Shown here: in pieces, positions 24,841 to 34,122 of the stretch
How positions within the stretch are numbered: the first letter of the stretch is position 1
Layout: every line of letters begins with the position of its first letter
Virus record (IMG/VR): IMGVR_UViG_3300021181_000006
Coordinates: 96,001 to 160,000 of that record
Strand: one strand, 5' to 3'
DNA length: 64,000 nt
From: a virus
The notes under the pieces: generated by a model
What the model was told of the DNA's origin: nothing
Databases searched by the model: none
What the model saw: the letters and a program-made list of their open reading frames with translations, nothing else
Program-made: the position numbers and the translations under genes

Positions 24841-25500
24841 AAGGTTAATGCCCTGGGAAGTGGAGCTTAAGAATCTGAAGGTTTCCAGTCCAGCCAGAAC
24901 GATAATTGATATAAGTATATATCTATATGCACTAGCAATGCATATATATCTATATGAAGGTCATCCCATCTTTCGCAGCTGGTGGTAGTGATGCTAACAT
25001 ATTTTGACGCTTATGCTTTACCTTTAAATATTCTGCCGAGAGATTCAGATGGGCGAGAACACTCGTAAAGAGTTGCACTCTTTCAGTATTGGTATATATA
25101 AAATCATGTATATACACGATCAAACTGATAGTAGCTTTTCATTGCTACACTCGTGTAGCAATGGTTTTCTAGAGTTAGTTTCTGGCTTGTCTCATACATC
25201 CAGAAGTCACTAGAATAACAATAGACATTAAATTCTATACCCGCAAGGGAGAGCCACGAGAACGTCGCATCGTGGTTAGTATGAGCGTGGCTCGGTTCAG
25301 TGGGGTCATGGTTTATCAAAGCTTTCCATACGGTTTAACTGAGATCGTATGGCGCAAACTTACCTTCCTGTCGGTGGTGAGCGATAGAGTCCCTTGGTGG
25401 TGATCCCATTAAGAATTCTCACAGTTGCAGGGTATATGGATGTCTAGGCTCCTTGGAGTTCCGACCACACACATATATCTGAGTGACCAGACAGGAATTT
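24841..25500. ncRNA. hairpin-dense non-coding segment (ncRNA or origin candidate)
   Basis: no convincing ORF; cattgctaca/tgtagcaatg, gagccacg/cgtggctc, ccatacg/cgtatgg, cccgcaaggg. Confidence 0.4.
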
Positions 25501-25944
25501 TTTCCCGCTGCTTTCCGTAGGCAGGCTCAACGGGTTGTGGGGAGTATCTCGGTGAGCGAGATACTCCCCAATACGGAGTTTTTTAGGTATAAAATAATGA
25601 GAACGATCACGCAGTTTGTTAATATCCTTTGGGATGAATTTTACGTTCCATATACTATGGGAATATCGAGTGTTACTATTTTTCCTCATTACGTGCATCA
25701 ACCATTGATGTGTGGGTTTGCATTCAATAACTCATTACTTCCTCATAAAAGTATAAAATCATATGTCACTCGTTGTGAGATTCGATTTGGACACAATGGG
25801 TGGGGATCTATCTGCTATGACTTTCAAACATTTATCCATAGTGTAGAAAATCACGAATACATCAACTCACACCTAGCACGGATGAGAGCCTATGTTAAAA
25901 AACACCATGCCGAGCTATGTTCCAACCAAGGAAAGGATAGCTAA
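25483..25944 (+). CDS. hypothetical protein
   Basis: true start probably internal (MRTITQF). Confidence 0.55.
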   Translation: MTRQEFFPAAFRRQAQRVVGSISVSEILPNTEFFRYKIMRTITQFVNILWDEFYVPYTMGISSVTIFPHYVHQPLMCGFAFNNSLLPHKSIKSYVTRCEIRFGHNGWGSICYDFQTFIHSVENHEYINSHLARMRAYVKKHHAELCSNQGKDS

Positions 25945-26311
25945 AAATATACTCGATCAGTTATTCCGAGAGTTCGGAGTGCAGATTGTTATGCGCATTG
26001 CCTTTGAGTGTATGCTCAAACCAGGAGTGAGATTTTACTATGAAAGTTATCCATACGATGATCGTAACGAATTCTGTTATCGGTTAGACTTTCAACTGGA
26101 TGGTCGAGCTGGTATCGTAAAGCATCGATGGATGCCTATTGGCATGACGAAGAAAGCACTGCTGAAATCAATGGTCGGCTTTCTCAACACACGCCATGGC
26201 GATGAGTTCTTCATGGACATGCTCTCATTACCAGAGATATATACACAGTTGGATAAATATGGTTACAACTGGTTCACTATCACGGATCGGATACGTGATG
26301 AAAGACTTTAA
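25892..26311 (+). CDS. hypothetical protein
   Basis: 139 aa ORF. Confidence 0.7.
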   Translation: MLKNTMPSYVPTKERIAKNILDQLFREFGVQIVMRIAFECMLKPGVRFYYESYPYDDRNEFCYRLDFQLDGRAGIVKHRWMPIGMTKKALLKSMVGFLNTRHGDEFFMDMLSLPEIYTQLDKYGYNWFTITDRIRDERL

Positions 26312-26642
26312 TGCTAGCGAAAAACGAGATATCCATACGATAAACACTATCGTTGATTCATTTTGTAATGAATATGCGATACAAATAAATATGAATATTC
26401 CGTGTGATCGGGAGATGATCGGCAATGTGATATTTGGTTATGATGGCCTCGTACTCTATTGCAGCAGCCCATCTGATATACGTCTCTGCAGCGCAGAGTA
26501 TAAAGAAGTATTTAAGACACAGATTTTTTTTATGAAAAAATATGAAACCATTAGACATATGATAAATATATACAGGATGCTGTACACACTCAACCTAGAA
26601 AGACCTTATGACATCCGACGACCATCTGAAACAATGCATTGA
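26298..26642 (+). CDS. hypothetical protein (IQINMNIPC motif)
   Basis: ATG at 26298. Confidence 0.65.
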   Translation: MKDFNASEKRDIHTINTIVDSFCNEYAIQINMNIPCDREMIGNVIFGYDGLVLYCSSPSDIRLCSAEYKEVFKTQIFFMKKYETIRHMINIYRMLYTLNLERPYDIRRPSETMH

Positions 26643-26967
26643 TGATTTAATCGAGGATATCAAGAATAATCCTAATGGATGGCAGATGATCAGCAATAAT
26701 ACCACCTTATATAATGTTCACGAAAGTATAACAATATCCTGGAACTCTCATTGGTTCAGAAAGTTCTATAATCAACGTATTGAGATTGAGGATACGCATC
26801 TGAACGCAACATCATATACCATACCAAAATCCATATTCATACCGATGTATGCAGCTATCCAGTCATGGAAAATACAGGAGGAAGATAAACAGCGTATAAG
26901 AAATATGAATATGTTAATAGATCGTACTGCGGGATTAAAAATCAAGTCTGAGATGAACATTACATGA
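26608..26967 (+). CDS. paralog family C member, ends KSEMNIT
   Basis: tandem paralog. Confidence 0.8.
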   Translation: MTSDDHLKQCIDDLIEDIKNNPNGWQMISNNTTLYNVHESITISWNSHWFRKFYNQRIEIEDTHLNATSYTIPKSIFIPMYAAIQSWKIQEEDKQRIRNMNMLIDRTAGLKIKSEMNIT

Positions 26968-27362
26968 CGAGCATACGTACCACATCAGATGAACATATAA
27001 AACGATGCATTGAACAGATTATAGAGAATATAAATCATTTTCCAAATAACTGGAAACAAAAGGTAGATAGTGATGATGAACATCATCTGAAAACATTAGA
27101 TGATATGTTAGGCCTTCGTTGGTATCCACGTAAAGCAGGATGGTTTAATAAGAGTACCACAGAACGATGGAGACTCTCTTATAGAGATCATGATTTTAAT
27201 CATCATAGCTATGATCTGAAGAGTATCTATTGGAAGGATCTTGAAGCCATTATAAAGAAATGGATGGAAACACATGAAGACAGTGAACTGGTAAAACGTA
27301 TGGAACATCTCATAGAAACAACTGCAGCACTAAAAATTAAAGCAGAGATGAACATTACATGA
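26964..27362 (+). CDS. paralog family C member, ends KAEMNIT
   Basis: tandem paralog. Confidence 0.8.
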   Translation: MTSIRTTSDEHIKRCIEQIIENINHFPNNWKQKVDSDDEHHLKTLDDMLGLRWYPRKAGWFNKSTTERWRLSYRDHDFNHHSYDLKSIYWKDLEAIIKKWMETHEDSELVKRMEHLIETTAALKIKAEMNIT

Positions 27363-27748
27363 AAAAATGCACTATGACCCCTGATGAACATATCATGCGA
27401 TGCGTAAACCAGATTATCGATAATCTGAATCAATTTCCAAAATACTGGGACATACGTATTGATAATGATAAAGAACATCACCTCAAGTCTAAAGATGGTA
27501 AAATGCGTTTGCACTGGTATCCATCTTGGTTCAGAAAATCAAAAACCTGTAAGTGGAGGCTATCCTATATAGGTCGTGGGATGGATGAGCACACGTATAT
27601 ACTAACGAAGAGGTTCTGGAAACCATTAGCGGATGCATCTAAGGCTTGGATGAAAAATCATGAGGATGAGTTCCTTATTGCACATATGGAAGAACTCATT
27701 GATCATACGGCAGGATTAAAAATAAAAGCAGAAATGAATATTACATGA
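27359..27748 (+). CDS. paralog family C member, ends KAEMNIT
   Basis: tandem paralog. Confidence 0.8.
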   Translation: MKKCTMTPDEHIMRCVNQIIDNLNQFPKYWDIRIDNDKEHHLKSKDGKMRLHWYPSWFRKSKTCKWRLSYIGRGMDEHTYILTKRFWKPLADASKAWMKNHEDEFLIAHMEELIDHTAGLKIKAEMNIT

Positions 27749-28101
27749 AGCATGTCTGTGGTGTTGAGACGATCATGAATATAGCTAATAATATGAGATC
27801 ACATCCAGATCATTGGAAGTACAATGAGCGTGATGATGATATTACTGTATATAATAAAAATGAGCAGTTTACTATCAGGTATGAGAAGCATTGGTATGGA
27901 TATATCGATAAAAGATTAGAATTTAGAGATAATTCAGGCCAGTATAGGGTTATGCTCGGTAGAGTTGCATTTAAACCATTAATTTCTGCGATACGCTTTA
28001 TGCAGGATTGGCATGAGAATAAGCAGAGTCGTGATATAGCAGAAAGGGTGTTATTAGCTACTCGTGATCTCACGATCAAATCTGATATGAATATCACATG
28101 A
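27745..28101 (+). CDS. paralog family C member, ends KSDMNIT
   Basis: tandem paralog. Confidence 0.8.
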   Translation: MKHVCGVETIMNIANNMRSHPDHWKYNERDDDITVYNKNEQFTIRYEKHWYGYIDKRLEFRDNSGQYRVMLGRVAFKPLISAIRFMQDWHENKQSRDIAERVLLATRDLTIKSDMNIT

Positions 28102-28481
28102 GAAAACTCCCTCAGATAGATAACTATACCTATCTTCTTCCTATTCGTGAGAAAACTCTCATGGAGTATCGTGATAAGCTCGCCATAGCTGTATTTGCTG
28201 ATAATATCATCGAGATCGAGATGGGTATAGATTTAGATTACTATATTAATAAGAAACTCTTGTTTTCTAAACGCGGCGATAAAGGTATGCTCAGCACTCC
28301 ACATGGAGGAATTGAGTTTAACTTTGATATCAACGAGTTTAAGAAAGCATTGATGATCTATTATGTATTCAGTAAAGATTATCCAGGATGCCGTATCAAA
28401 CGTCAAAGAACACGCAGGTTTCGCATCTTTCTACGAAAAATACGAAACCTATTCTTTGGGTATAAGAGGAATACTCACTAA
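28098..28481 (+). CDS. hypothetical protein (IEIEMGIDL motif)
   Basis: ATGA coupled. Confidence 0.7.
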   Translation: MRKLPQIDNYTYLLPIREKTLMEYRDKLAIAVFADNIIEIEMGIDLDYYINKKLLFSKRGDKGMLSTPHGGIEFNFDINEFKKALMIYYVFSKDYPGCRIKRQRTRRFRIFLRKIRNLFFGYKRNTH

Positions 28482-28495
28482 CAAGGATTCTTCTT

Positions 28496-28759
28496 ATGCC
28501 AACGACGGATAGGATTCGTAAGTCTCTGCTCGCTGAAAAGCAGCCTCCTCGTGTCTATTATGAACCAACAAAAGAGAAGGCGAATCAAAAATCAACTCAG
28601 TTTTTTAAAAATGCCAAGAAGGTTCCTACGGTTGAAACAGCTGCAGAAGCGATGGCTATCTTACGTACAGGATCTTCGGTGATTCTCTGTAACCAAGATA
28701 TATACGATCTCTTCTCAGGTGAAGACCGTGAGCACCATTTGAACCGATGGGATTTATAA
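28496..28759 (+). CDS. hypothetical protein
   Basis: aagga SD. Confidence 0.7.
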   Translation: MPTTDRIRKSLLAEKQPPRVYYEPTKEKANQKSTQFFKNAKKVPTVETAAEAMAILRTGSSVILCNQDIYDLFSGEDREHHLNRWDL

Positions 28760-28769
28760 TCTATACACG

Positions 28770-28790
28770 AAAGTAGGCTCGGCCTACTTT
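28770..28790. terminator. hairpin/terminator
   Basis: aaagtaggc-tcg-gcctacttt. Confidence 0.6.
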
Positions 28791-28804
28791 ATTAGCTAGG
28801 ATAT

Positions 28805-29080
28805 ATGGATATCAAAGACATCGATACCTTAATCGATTATATTGTCGGTAAAGAAATACGTTTACTGATGAATCTTGAACAAAAAGCTACTGTTACTATT
28901 AAAGATAGTACCTATTCATTACTGGAAGATACGGGTAGATTTACACTCTATATGACGTGTAATAGTCGTACTCATTGTCTGTATAGCGGAGGTACATTCA
29001 ATCAGATGATTGATACGCTCAAAACAGAGTCATTCAGACAATCTATTATTACCAATACTAAGATCTATTCCAGAAAATGA
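28805..29080 (+). CDS. hypothetical protein (IRLLMNL motif)
   Basis: agga SD. Confidence 0.7.
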   Translation: MDIKDIDTLIDYIVGKEIRLLMNLEQKATVTIKDSTYSLLEDTGRFTLYMTCNSRTHCLYSGGTFNQMIDTLKTESFRQSIITNTKIYSRK

Positions 29081-29544
29081 GCACTATCTATGATCTCGTC
29101 CAAAATCATATGCAAATCCAGCACTATCTTGGGCTAAAAGTATCTCTCTATATTCAACTCGGGTGTGATTATTTTCTTATACGTAATGAAAGCGCAGATC
29201 TATTCGCGTTTATAAAAATTACGTATTCGATAAGAAAATATGAAGGCCATAAAATATTACTGTTGACCGGTAAATATGCATGGTATACCAGTCATCTCAA
29301 GAACATCGATCTCTATATCAAAGGTCATGCACCATGCAGTATTGTGCATCAAAACGATATGTGCTTAGATTTTGTACATCGTGTAATACCGAACATACAA
29401 AAGGTATCGCATCTCCACTCTGCTGTCCCATTTAATTTCTATGGATATCCATGTGAATCTCTATTTGTGGCAGTCCACGCCGATAGTGGATATACAGCTA
29501 TACATATGGTAGATATGACCAATGACATACCTGCAAAACCGTGA
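29077..29544 (+). CDS. hypothetical protein (IQHYLGLKV motif)
   Basis: ATGA coupled. Confidence 0.7.
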   Translation: MSTIYDLVQNHMQIQHYLGLKVSLYIQLGCDYFLIRNESADLFAFIKITYSIRKYEGHKILLLTGKYAWYTSHLKNIDLYIKGHAPCSIVHQNDMCLDFVHRVIPNIQKVSHLHSAVPFNFYGYPCESLFVAVHADSGYTAIHMVDMTNDIPAKP

Positions 29545-29962
29545 TGTATTTGAGATGCATAAACATCTCAATTTACCATATAAAGTATATATTATCGACA
29601 ATTCTTCAGTACATAGCGTCGAAATACGCGGTGACTTATATGTACTGAGTGTCTATAGCCATGAAATCAACAAAACGGTAGATGGCCAGATTGAGATCAT
29701 CGTTCATCAAATATTTCATAGTAGTCATCATGAACTCGCTCAGTATTGCCATATTTTTATTGGCAGCCATGCTACTGATAATATACATGATATCTATACC
29801 TTCTTCGTGAGGAAACATATACCAGAAGCGGTCTGTATATGGCATGATTTTTACAAAAAGGACTGTAATCCTTCTAACTTCCAACATACGTCTAGAACGA
29901 GGTGTGTTCTCAACATACCAGGTTATCGTATGAATATACTAGTCATAGGGCATATAACATGA
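29522..29962 (+). CDS. hypothetical protein (MHKHLNLPY motif)
   Basis: 146 aa ORF. Confidence 0.7.
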   Translation: MTYLQNRDVFEMHKHLNLPYKVYIIDNSSVHSVEIRGDLYVLSVYSHEINKTVDGQIEIIVHQIFHSSHHELAQYCHIFIGSHATDNIHDIYTFFVRKHIPEAVCIWHDFYKKDCNPSNFQHTSRTRCVLNIPGYRMNILVIGHIT

Positions 29963-30162
29963 GCATTAAACGCGATATGAACATCCCATTGGTATGGGTC
30001 TGTGTTGAATGTGGCAAGAAAGCACGCGCTACATCGGAGCACGGACCCATGACATTTACCTCTACTTTCCATAATGGCATCTGTGATTGCTGTAGTAAGC
30101 CAAAAGCAGTATGCCCAGTACGTGATTTTGGATATCCAAGCTTCGATAAAGTTCAGGTATAA
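29959..30162 (+). CDS. small zinc-finger protein (IKRDMNIPL motif)
   Basis: CVEC...CDCC...C; ATGA coupled. Confidence 0.7.
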   Translation: MSIKRDMNIPLVWVCVECGKKARATSEHGPMTFTSTFHNGICDCCSKPKAVCPVRDFGYPSFDKVQV

Positions 30163-30171
30163 TATCTATAC

Positions 30172-30594
30172 ATGAACGTAATCGATCTACCATCTCCTTT
30201 TACGAAAAAAGAAGATGATCTGTATACCTGCCTCGGTATAGAGCGGGAAAGATTTTTCCTAGTGTGGCCGTATGGATATCTGATATCACGAGCTACGAGT
30301 TTTGATCCGATCCTCCAGACTGATACGCTAGAATATACCATCACTCGTATTCTAGGAATTAGAGACTATAAGTCTTATTTCAACTTAGTGATGAATAGAG
30401 TTTTGGATAGCGAACAGAAACTCTTGTCAGAACAGTTCCTGCATCCAACGGAAAGATTCAGAGAGTTCATTGACAGTTCTGAATTTTATAATTATTGCAT
30501 AATATATCCACGTAAATCATACCTCGATGTCTACTCTGACGATATGAGCGATAAAGATGTAGGCATGACACTTAAAATAAGATTTCCAACATGA
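30172..30594 (+). CDS. hypothetical protein
   Basis: 140 aa ORF. Confidence 0.7.
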   Translation: MNVIDLPSPFTKKEDDLYTCLGIERERFFLVWPYGYLISRATSFDPILQTDTLEYTITRILGIRDYKSYFNLVMNRVLDSEQKLLSEQFLHPTERFREFIDSSEFYNYCIIYPRKSYLDVYSDDMSDKDVGMTLKIRFPT

Positions 30595-31292
30595 AAACCA
30601 TTCACGAAGTCAGTACGGAACTCCATATGGAGATCAGCGATCTTGGATCGTTGATCTCCAATGGTCGTATAGCTCGACCTACCAGAGCCAATAACCAATG
30701 GTTGTTCTCTGAAGACAATATTAAAGAAATCAGAAGCATCGCTCCAGATCTTCTTCCTTCCTATCAACGTTTATTCCGTCAGAAAGCCTTCTGGGCTCAT
30801 AAAGTGGATGGCGTGACCATCCATCCCACAGTGATTGCTCTGGCACGAGCAGCCTGTGAAAATAGTACTCTCTTTGAGAATAATAAAACTATTCTTGTCA
30901 GGGACTATCCAGACCAGTTCGTTGCTTACGCGAGAAGCGTGAATCCTGCTGACATCAGCGTCGAAGAGCGACGTGTCTTTAGGGCTATCCAGCTTGCCTG
31001 TGAAGGAGCTGTTGAATTTAATAACGCTTTAGGGCTTGTTCATGAAGATAAGCTCATTTCTACCCATCAACTCGCTGTACTCTGTGGCACGCATGATAGT
31101 ACCATCCGTAATTTGTGGAAAGAGCGTCGCGTAGCCCCTACTACCATGTCTCAATCCAATGCTCTGCTCTGGCGTGTTGACAACACACTTATTACTGCTA
31201 TAAAGCGATTCCTTGCACGCGAAGGAGATCTACCTCCCCAGCAATTTAGTGCACGGAAGGATATCGTTCATTTTCACATCGAATCAACCTGA
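30591..31292 (+). CDS. DNA-binding protein with two MerR/excisionase-like HTH domains
   Basis: KTIHEVSTEL.M...L..LI..GRI..P......WLFSEDNI and ISTHQLAVLCG...STIRNLW. Confidence 0.6.
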   Translation: MKTIHEVSTELHMEISDLGSLISNGRIARPTRANNQWLFSEDNIKEIRSIAPDLLPSYQRLFRQKAFWAHKVDGVTIHPTVIALARAACENSTLFENNKTILVRDYPDQFVAYARSVNPADISVEERRVFRAIQLACEGAVEFNNALGLVHEDKLISTHQLAVLCGTHDSTIRNLWKERRVAPTTMSQSNALLWRVDNTLITAIKRFLAREGDLPPQQFSARKDIVHFHIEST

Positions 31293-31303
31293 AGGAGTCA
31301 ACT

Positions 31304-31807
31304 ATGACCACCCCACTCGTTAAGTATGTTTATCATAATATGATCACTGGCCATAATCTGGCCTATGGCTTTACCGTTCCAGACGACAAGTCTAAAGGCG
31401 GAACAATCGCTGTTGGTTTCGCTTTTGGTTCGCCAAAAGACTCTTTCAGCCGTAAAAAGGCGAGAGCTATTATCGCTTCTTTCATGGTATCTCGTCCTAT
31501 TGTCCTGGTGCAGCAACCTGGCCGTCACATCCTGGATGTTATTGGTGACTACATCAATAGCATTGATTTCCACCAGATCATGCCTCCATCATGGCAGGGT
31601 AAGTTCAAGGGCGGATTACGTCAGCGCAAGGTCATTGTTCTGACTGAGGTCAGTGAGGGTTATCCCCGTGTCGATGGATCGGCACAGCGTCTCATGGAAT
31701 GGCCTATTACCGATGTTCCTATCCGTATCCATCGTGATGACTGGGTAGCTGCTACCAAGGTAGACGCTGCTGGCAATGTCATTCCAGAGGCGGTAGCATC
31801 GCAATGA
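31304..31807 (+). CDS. hypothetical protein
   Basis: AAGGAG SD; GFAF.SPKDSFSRKKAR. Confidence 0.75.
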   Translation: MTTPLVKYVYHNMITGHNLAYGFTVPDDKSKGGTIAVGFAFGSPKDSFSRKKARAIIASFMVSRPIVLVQQPGRHILDVIGDYINSIDFHQIMPPSWQGKFKGGLRQRKVIVLTEVSEGYPRVDGSAQRLMEWPITDVPIRIHRDDWVAATKVDAAGNVIPEAVASQ

Positions 31808-32379
31808 TATACCCACGCCTAATGGCGGTGGTTATACTCATTTTGGTTTATTTGCCACCAGCAACTTCGTTTTCTAATGAAGATGAGTTCATATCGGTAA
31901 CACCACGTGCTCAACATGTGGCGTTACCGGTACAGATTCAGATTCCTAAGATTACACCTATTATATATACAGTTTTTGATGGAGAAACATTTGCAGTCTT
32001 ACCAAACGGTATACTCAGTGATGCCAACGGATACCACTGGAAGCTATTGGAAGTCATTACCACCGCTTATACCTATCGCAGTGGCATTGAAAATGAAACA
32101 ACGGCAACTCTTCAAGATGCTATTGCCAGCTACGGGATCGCTTCTTGCCCTGGAGCCCTACCTTATGGCACATTGGTACACGTACCCAATTACGGTACCT
32201 ATATCGTCGATGATTGTGGGCGTATTCCTAACGAGCAATTTGCTCGCGGAAATATTCTCCTAGATCTCAGAATACCACATCGTCGTTATGATGGCGTATG
32301 GCGTTCTGAAGCAGAATGTGTCAATATCTGTAATAAGCATGGTGTACAACATACTGTTGTGTTAGTTCAAGTTAATTGA
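31804..32379 (+). CDS. 3D-domain (lytic transglycosylase-like) exported protein
   Basis: signal-like N-terminus; TAYT...IA.CP..LPYGT.V.VP.YG.YIVDDCG...LDL. Confidence 0.75.
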   Translation: MIYPRLMAVVILILVYLPPATSFSNEDEFISVTPRAQHVALPVQIQIPKITPIIYTVFDGETFAVLPNGILSDANGYHWKLLEVITTAYTYRSGIENETTATLQDAIASYGIASCPGALPYGTLVHVPNYGTYIVDDCGRIPNEQFARGNILLDLRIPHRRYDGVWRSEAECVNICNKHGVQHTVVLVQVN

Positions 32380-33080
32380 GGATATGCATGGCGTTTAGGT
32401 AAAACAATACCTAAACGCTTAGCATATTTCTTAATTGCATTATCACTTACTCCAAGTATTTTTCCTATAGATACATAGGATTTATGAGCAATAAGTATTT
32501 CTAAATCTTCTTTCGATATATGTATCTTGCGTTTTAATCTACGAATAGCTAAAAAATCATCTGAATTATTATAACAAGATCTACATAAACCTGACTTTGT
32601 ATCTTGCGATAGAATATTTTTGCAATTGATACAATGTATTACTTTTTTTGTCTTAATATAATAAGAATAGTCTACTTTAGACAGATTGTAATCAGACTTT
32701 ATCTTTTCTATTAATAACTTTATAAAATGCTCATCATACATTAGTGAATAATGATATTCATATAAAGACCATCCATGTGATAAAATTAAATTTCTTCTGT
32801 TTTGATAATAATCTTTCAATGTACCATCAGAGTTATAATGTTGATTGCCATTGATTTCGATACCAACCTTTTTATCAGGGAAAGCAATATCTATAGAAAA
32901 AAATCTTTCTGGAAAGAGCGGCTGAAACTCAGGAACGTATGATATATTATTATCGATTAGTATATTTTTCAGTATTTCACATGGAACAGATGTAAATTTT
33001 TTGCTAGATTTCCATGGATGCTTTTCAGGGTTATTACGAAGATACATCCTACGAGCTTGTGATTTTAACGGATATTTCAT
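32367..33080 (-). CDS. free-standing DUF559/Vsr-like endonuclease with C-terminal HTH
   Basis: F.IDIAFPDKKVGIEINGNQHY...GW..Y; CxxC; IGKILGVSDNAIKKYAKRLG; very AT-rich. Confidence 0.75.
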   Translation of the reverse strand: MKYPLKSQARRMYLRNNPEKHPWKSSKKFTSVPCEILKNILIDNNISYVPEFQPLFPERFFSIDIAFPDKKVGIEINGNQHYNSDGTLKDYYQNRRNLILSHGWSLYEYHYSLMYDEHFIKLLIEKIKSDYNLSKVDYSYYIKTKKVIHCINCKNILSQDTKSGLCRSCYNNSDDFLAIRRLKRKIHISKEDLEILIAHKSYVSIGKILGVSDNAIKKYAKRLGIVLPKRHAYPQLT

Positions 33081-33147
33081 AAGCGAACCTAATAAATATT
33101 GTTATATTGGTATAATATTATTGTTGGTTCGATTGAGAAGTCAACTT

Positions 33148-33226
33148 GCCATTGTATCGGAACCGCCTTCTAAGCGGTAGCCCCGTAACTGGATCAATGT
33201 AGGTTCAACTCCTACCGATGGCGCCA
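33148..33226 (+). tRNA. tRNA-Arg(UCU)-like lacking a D arm
   Basis: gccattg/cgatggc, 7-nt linker tatcgga, accgc-ctTCTaa-gcggt, 20-nt variable region, ttcaact, G73, CCA. Confidence 0.75.
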
Positions 33227-33494
33227 AACGATGAAACTTATCATACAGATCATCATTATACTTTTGATCGCTCAGGCTTCTGAGCAGAATAAAGATGTTA
33301 CTATGCTCGTGATATTACTTATAGCCACATTCATCATAAACGATAGAGACGATCACCGATGACCATTTTCTGGTCTGTAGCCGCGCATATCTTCTATGCC
33401 ATCATTATCATGTATATTGTGATGTGCGCATTTATTATTCTTATTGCCTGTATCGCTACAGGCTTTTATATCCATGACACTATAAAGGGTTTTT

Positions 33495-33896
33495 ATGAGT
33501 CCAGAAAAAACAAAGTATCTACTTGAATCGTTTCCTAAGCTCTATGCTAGCCATATGCTGCCCATGAGTGAAAGTCTTATGTGTTTTGGTTTTGAGCACA
33601 GTGATGGTTGGTACGATATTATTCATACGCTCTCTTCGGAGCTAGAGACGCTCAATAACAATGGCGCTACGATTACCGCTGAACAGGTGAAAGAAAAGTA
33701 TGGTACGCTACGTTTCTATATCAGCTATAATGATGAGACTACTAAAGAGCAAGTAAATCAGGCCAATATTTTTATTGGAGAGGCTGAATTCAGATCAGCA
33801 AAAACCTGTGAGGGATGCGGCAAACCTGGAAAGATACAAGGTACAGGTTGGATCTATACCGCATGCGATGAGTGTTTTAAACCGAAAAGAGTGTAG
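33495..33896 (+). CDS. conserved phage hypothetical protein
   Basis: GFEHSDGWY.II..L...QVKEKYGTLRFY...CEGCG...C..C. Confidence 0.8.
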   Translation: MSPEKTKYLLESFPKLYASHMLPMSESLMCFGFEHSDGWYDIIHTLSSELETLNNNGATITAEQVKEKYGTLRFYISYNDETTKEQVNQANIFIGEAEFRSAKTCEGCGKPGKIQGTGWIYTACDECFKPKRV

Positions 33897-34122
33897 CTCT
33901 TTTCTTCTGAGGCTCAGTGCACTATACTACCAGGAGTATCCATGGACGATGACACTAAATTCAGAATACAAATTGCTTCAACCATCTTAAGTGGGAAAAT
34001 TGGACATATTAATCTACACCCCGATGACCCAGCTATTGAGAATTATGCACTGGTAGCCTTACATATAGCTGATCGACTCATAGCTTTATCAACATCAAAT
34101 AAGAATCAAGAACACGCATAAT

